Positions 63,563-64,000 of a stretch of 64,000 nt of DNA are shown in pieces (positions within the stretch are counted from its first letter, which is position 1; the number at the start of each line of letters is the position of its first letter). The position numbers and the translations under genes were made by a program. Below the pieces are notes generated by a model that saw nothing but the letters and a program-made list of their open reading frames with translations, did no database searches and had not been told where the DNA came from. Origin of the DNA: a virus; the IMG/VR virus record IMGVR_UViG_3300026320_000001, positions 1 through 64,000 of that record; one strand, 5' to 3'.

Positions 63563-64000
63563 ATGCCAGTTAAAGAAAATGAAAAATATACAAAATTGAC
63601 TGTGATTGAACTAGTTGGAAAAAATAAACATGGTCATAGAATGTGGAAATGTTTATGTGATTGTGGAAATATAGTGAATGTTTCTACCGGAAGTTTAACG
63701 AGTAAGAATACTCAATCTTGTGGATGTTTATTAAAAGAATCAAAAAGAAAATCTGGTGAAAAGTTAAGAATTTTAAATAAATATGAATTCTTTGATAATT
63801 ATGGAATTGGATATACAAAGAAAAAAGAGCCATTTTATTTTGATTTAGAAGATTATGAAAAAATTAAAATATACACTTGGAGATATAATCCAGATGGATA
63901 TATAATTTCAATATCATTTGGAAAGATTATTAGAATGCATATGTTGATTATGAATTCTGATGGTTCAAAAGATGCTGACCATATAAATCATATGATTCAT
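63563..64000 (+). CDS. Putative homing endonuclease (truncated by window end)
   Basis: KLTVIE..WKCLCDCG..TQSCGC repeat like 6872; downstream RMH..DHINH HNH-like motif. Confidence 0.7.
   Translation, partial: MPVKENEKYTKLTVIELVGKNKHGHRMWKCLCDCGNIVNVSTGSLTSKNTQSCGCLLKESKRKSGEKLRILNKYEFFDNYGIGYTKKKEPFYFDLEDYEKIKIYTWRYNPDGYIISISFGKIIRMHMLIMNSDGSKDADHINHMIH

Larger units (their letters stand above)
1..64000 (+). other. Segment of a large/jumbo dsDNA phage genome (accessory, tRNA and replication genes; no structural genes in window)
   Basis: Single-strand gene orientation, very dense short ORFs with AGGAG/GGAG RBSs, tRNA cluster, primase-helicase, thyX, RNA ligases, homing endonucleases, no cellular housekeeping operons. 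Confidence 0.9.

Noticed and set aside
1-64000. Genome-wide stop-codon reassignment (TAG to Gln)
   Set aside because: Only one in-frame TAG case was seen (2964); long genes are intact in the standard code, several end at TAG at natural C-termini, and no CTA-anticodon tRNA is present

Overview
AT-rich segment of a large (probably jumbo) bacteriophage genome. All credible genes lie on the + strand, densely packed and preceded by many near-consensus sigma70 promoters. There are no virion structural genes, rRNA, CRISPR array or reverse transcriptase. About 1-44 kb is an accessory region of small hypothetical ORFs mixed with recognisable enzymes: Fic protein, CCA-adding enzyme, Tyr phosphatase, two RNA ligases, Pnk-HD, macrodomain, NADAR, DEDDh exonuclease, BCS1-like ATPase, DNA methyltransferase, DUF932, Xer-like tyrosine recombinase, HD hydrolase, Pth2, several nucleotidyltransferases and homing endonucleases. 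44.8-53.4 kb holds 22 tRNA or tRNA-like genes, several candidate ncRNAs and a TROVE/vWA-like (DUF2828) gene. 53.4-64 kb holds thyX, a Sak4-like ATPase, an SSB-like protein, primase-helicase, a Cas4-like nuclease, a Thg1-like protein and a WGR-PARP. The most striking unexplained signals are: (1) at least 22 copies of a palindromic ATRAAA-N6-TTTYAT site, all with different 6-bp spacers, almost all at gene junctions, in a genome carrying a stand-alone Xer-like recombinase (candidate gene-cassette system); (2) 20 TTGGC/GCCAA motifs written into 565 bp of mostly coding sequence; (3) Lys and His tRNAs with long variable arms and a rearranged Ile(UAU)-like RNA; (4) three ACAG(C/T)AA hairpins in the leader of the Ro-like gene; (5) an invariant C74 but almost no CCA across the tRNA set. 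All calls come from manual motif reading; no searches or folding programs were run.
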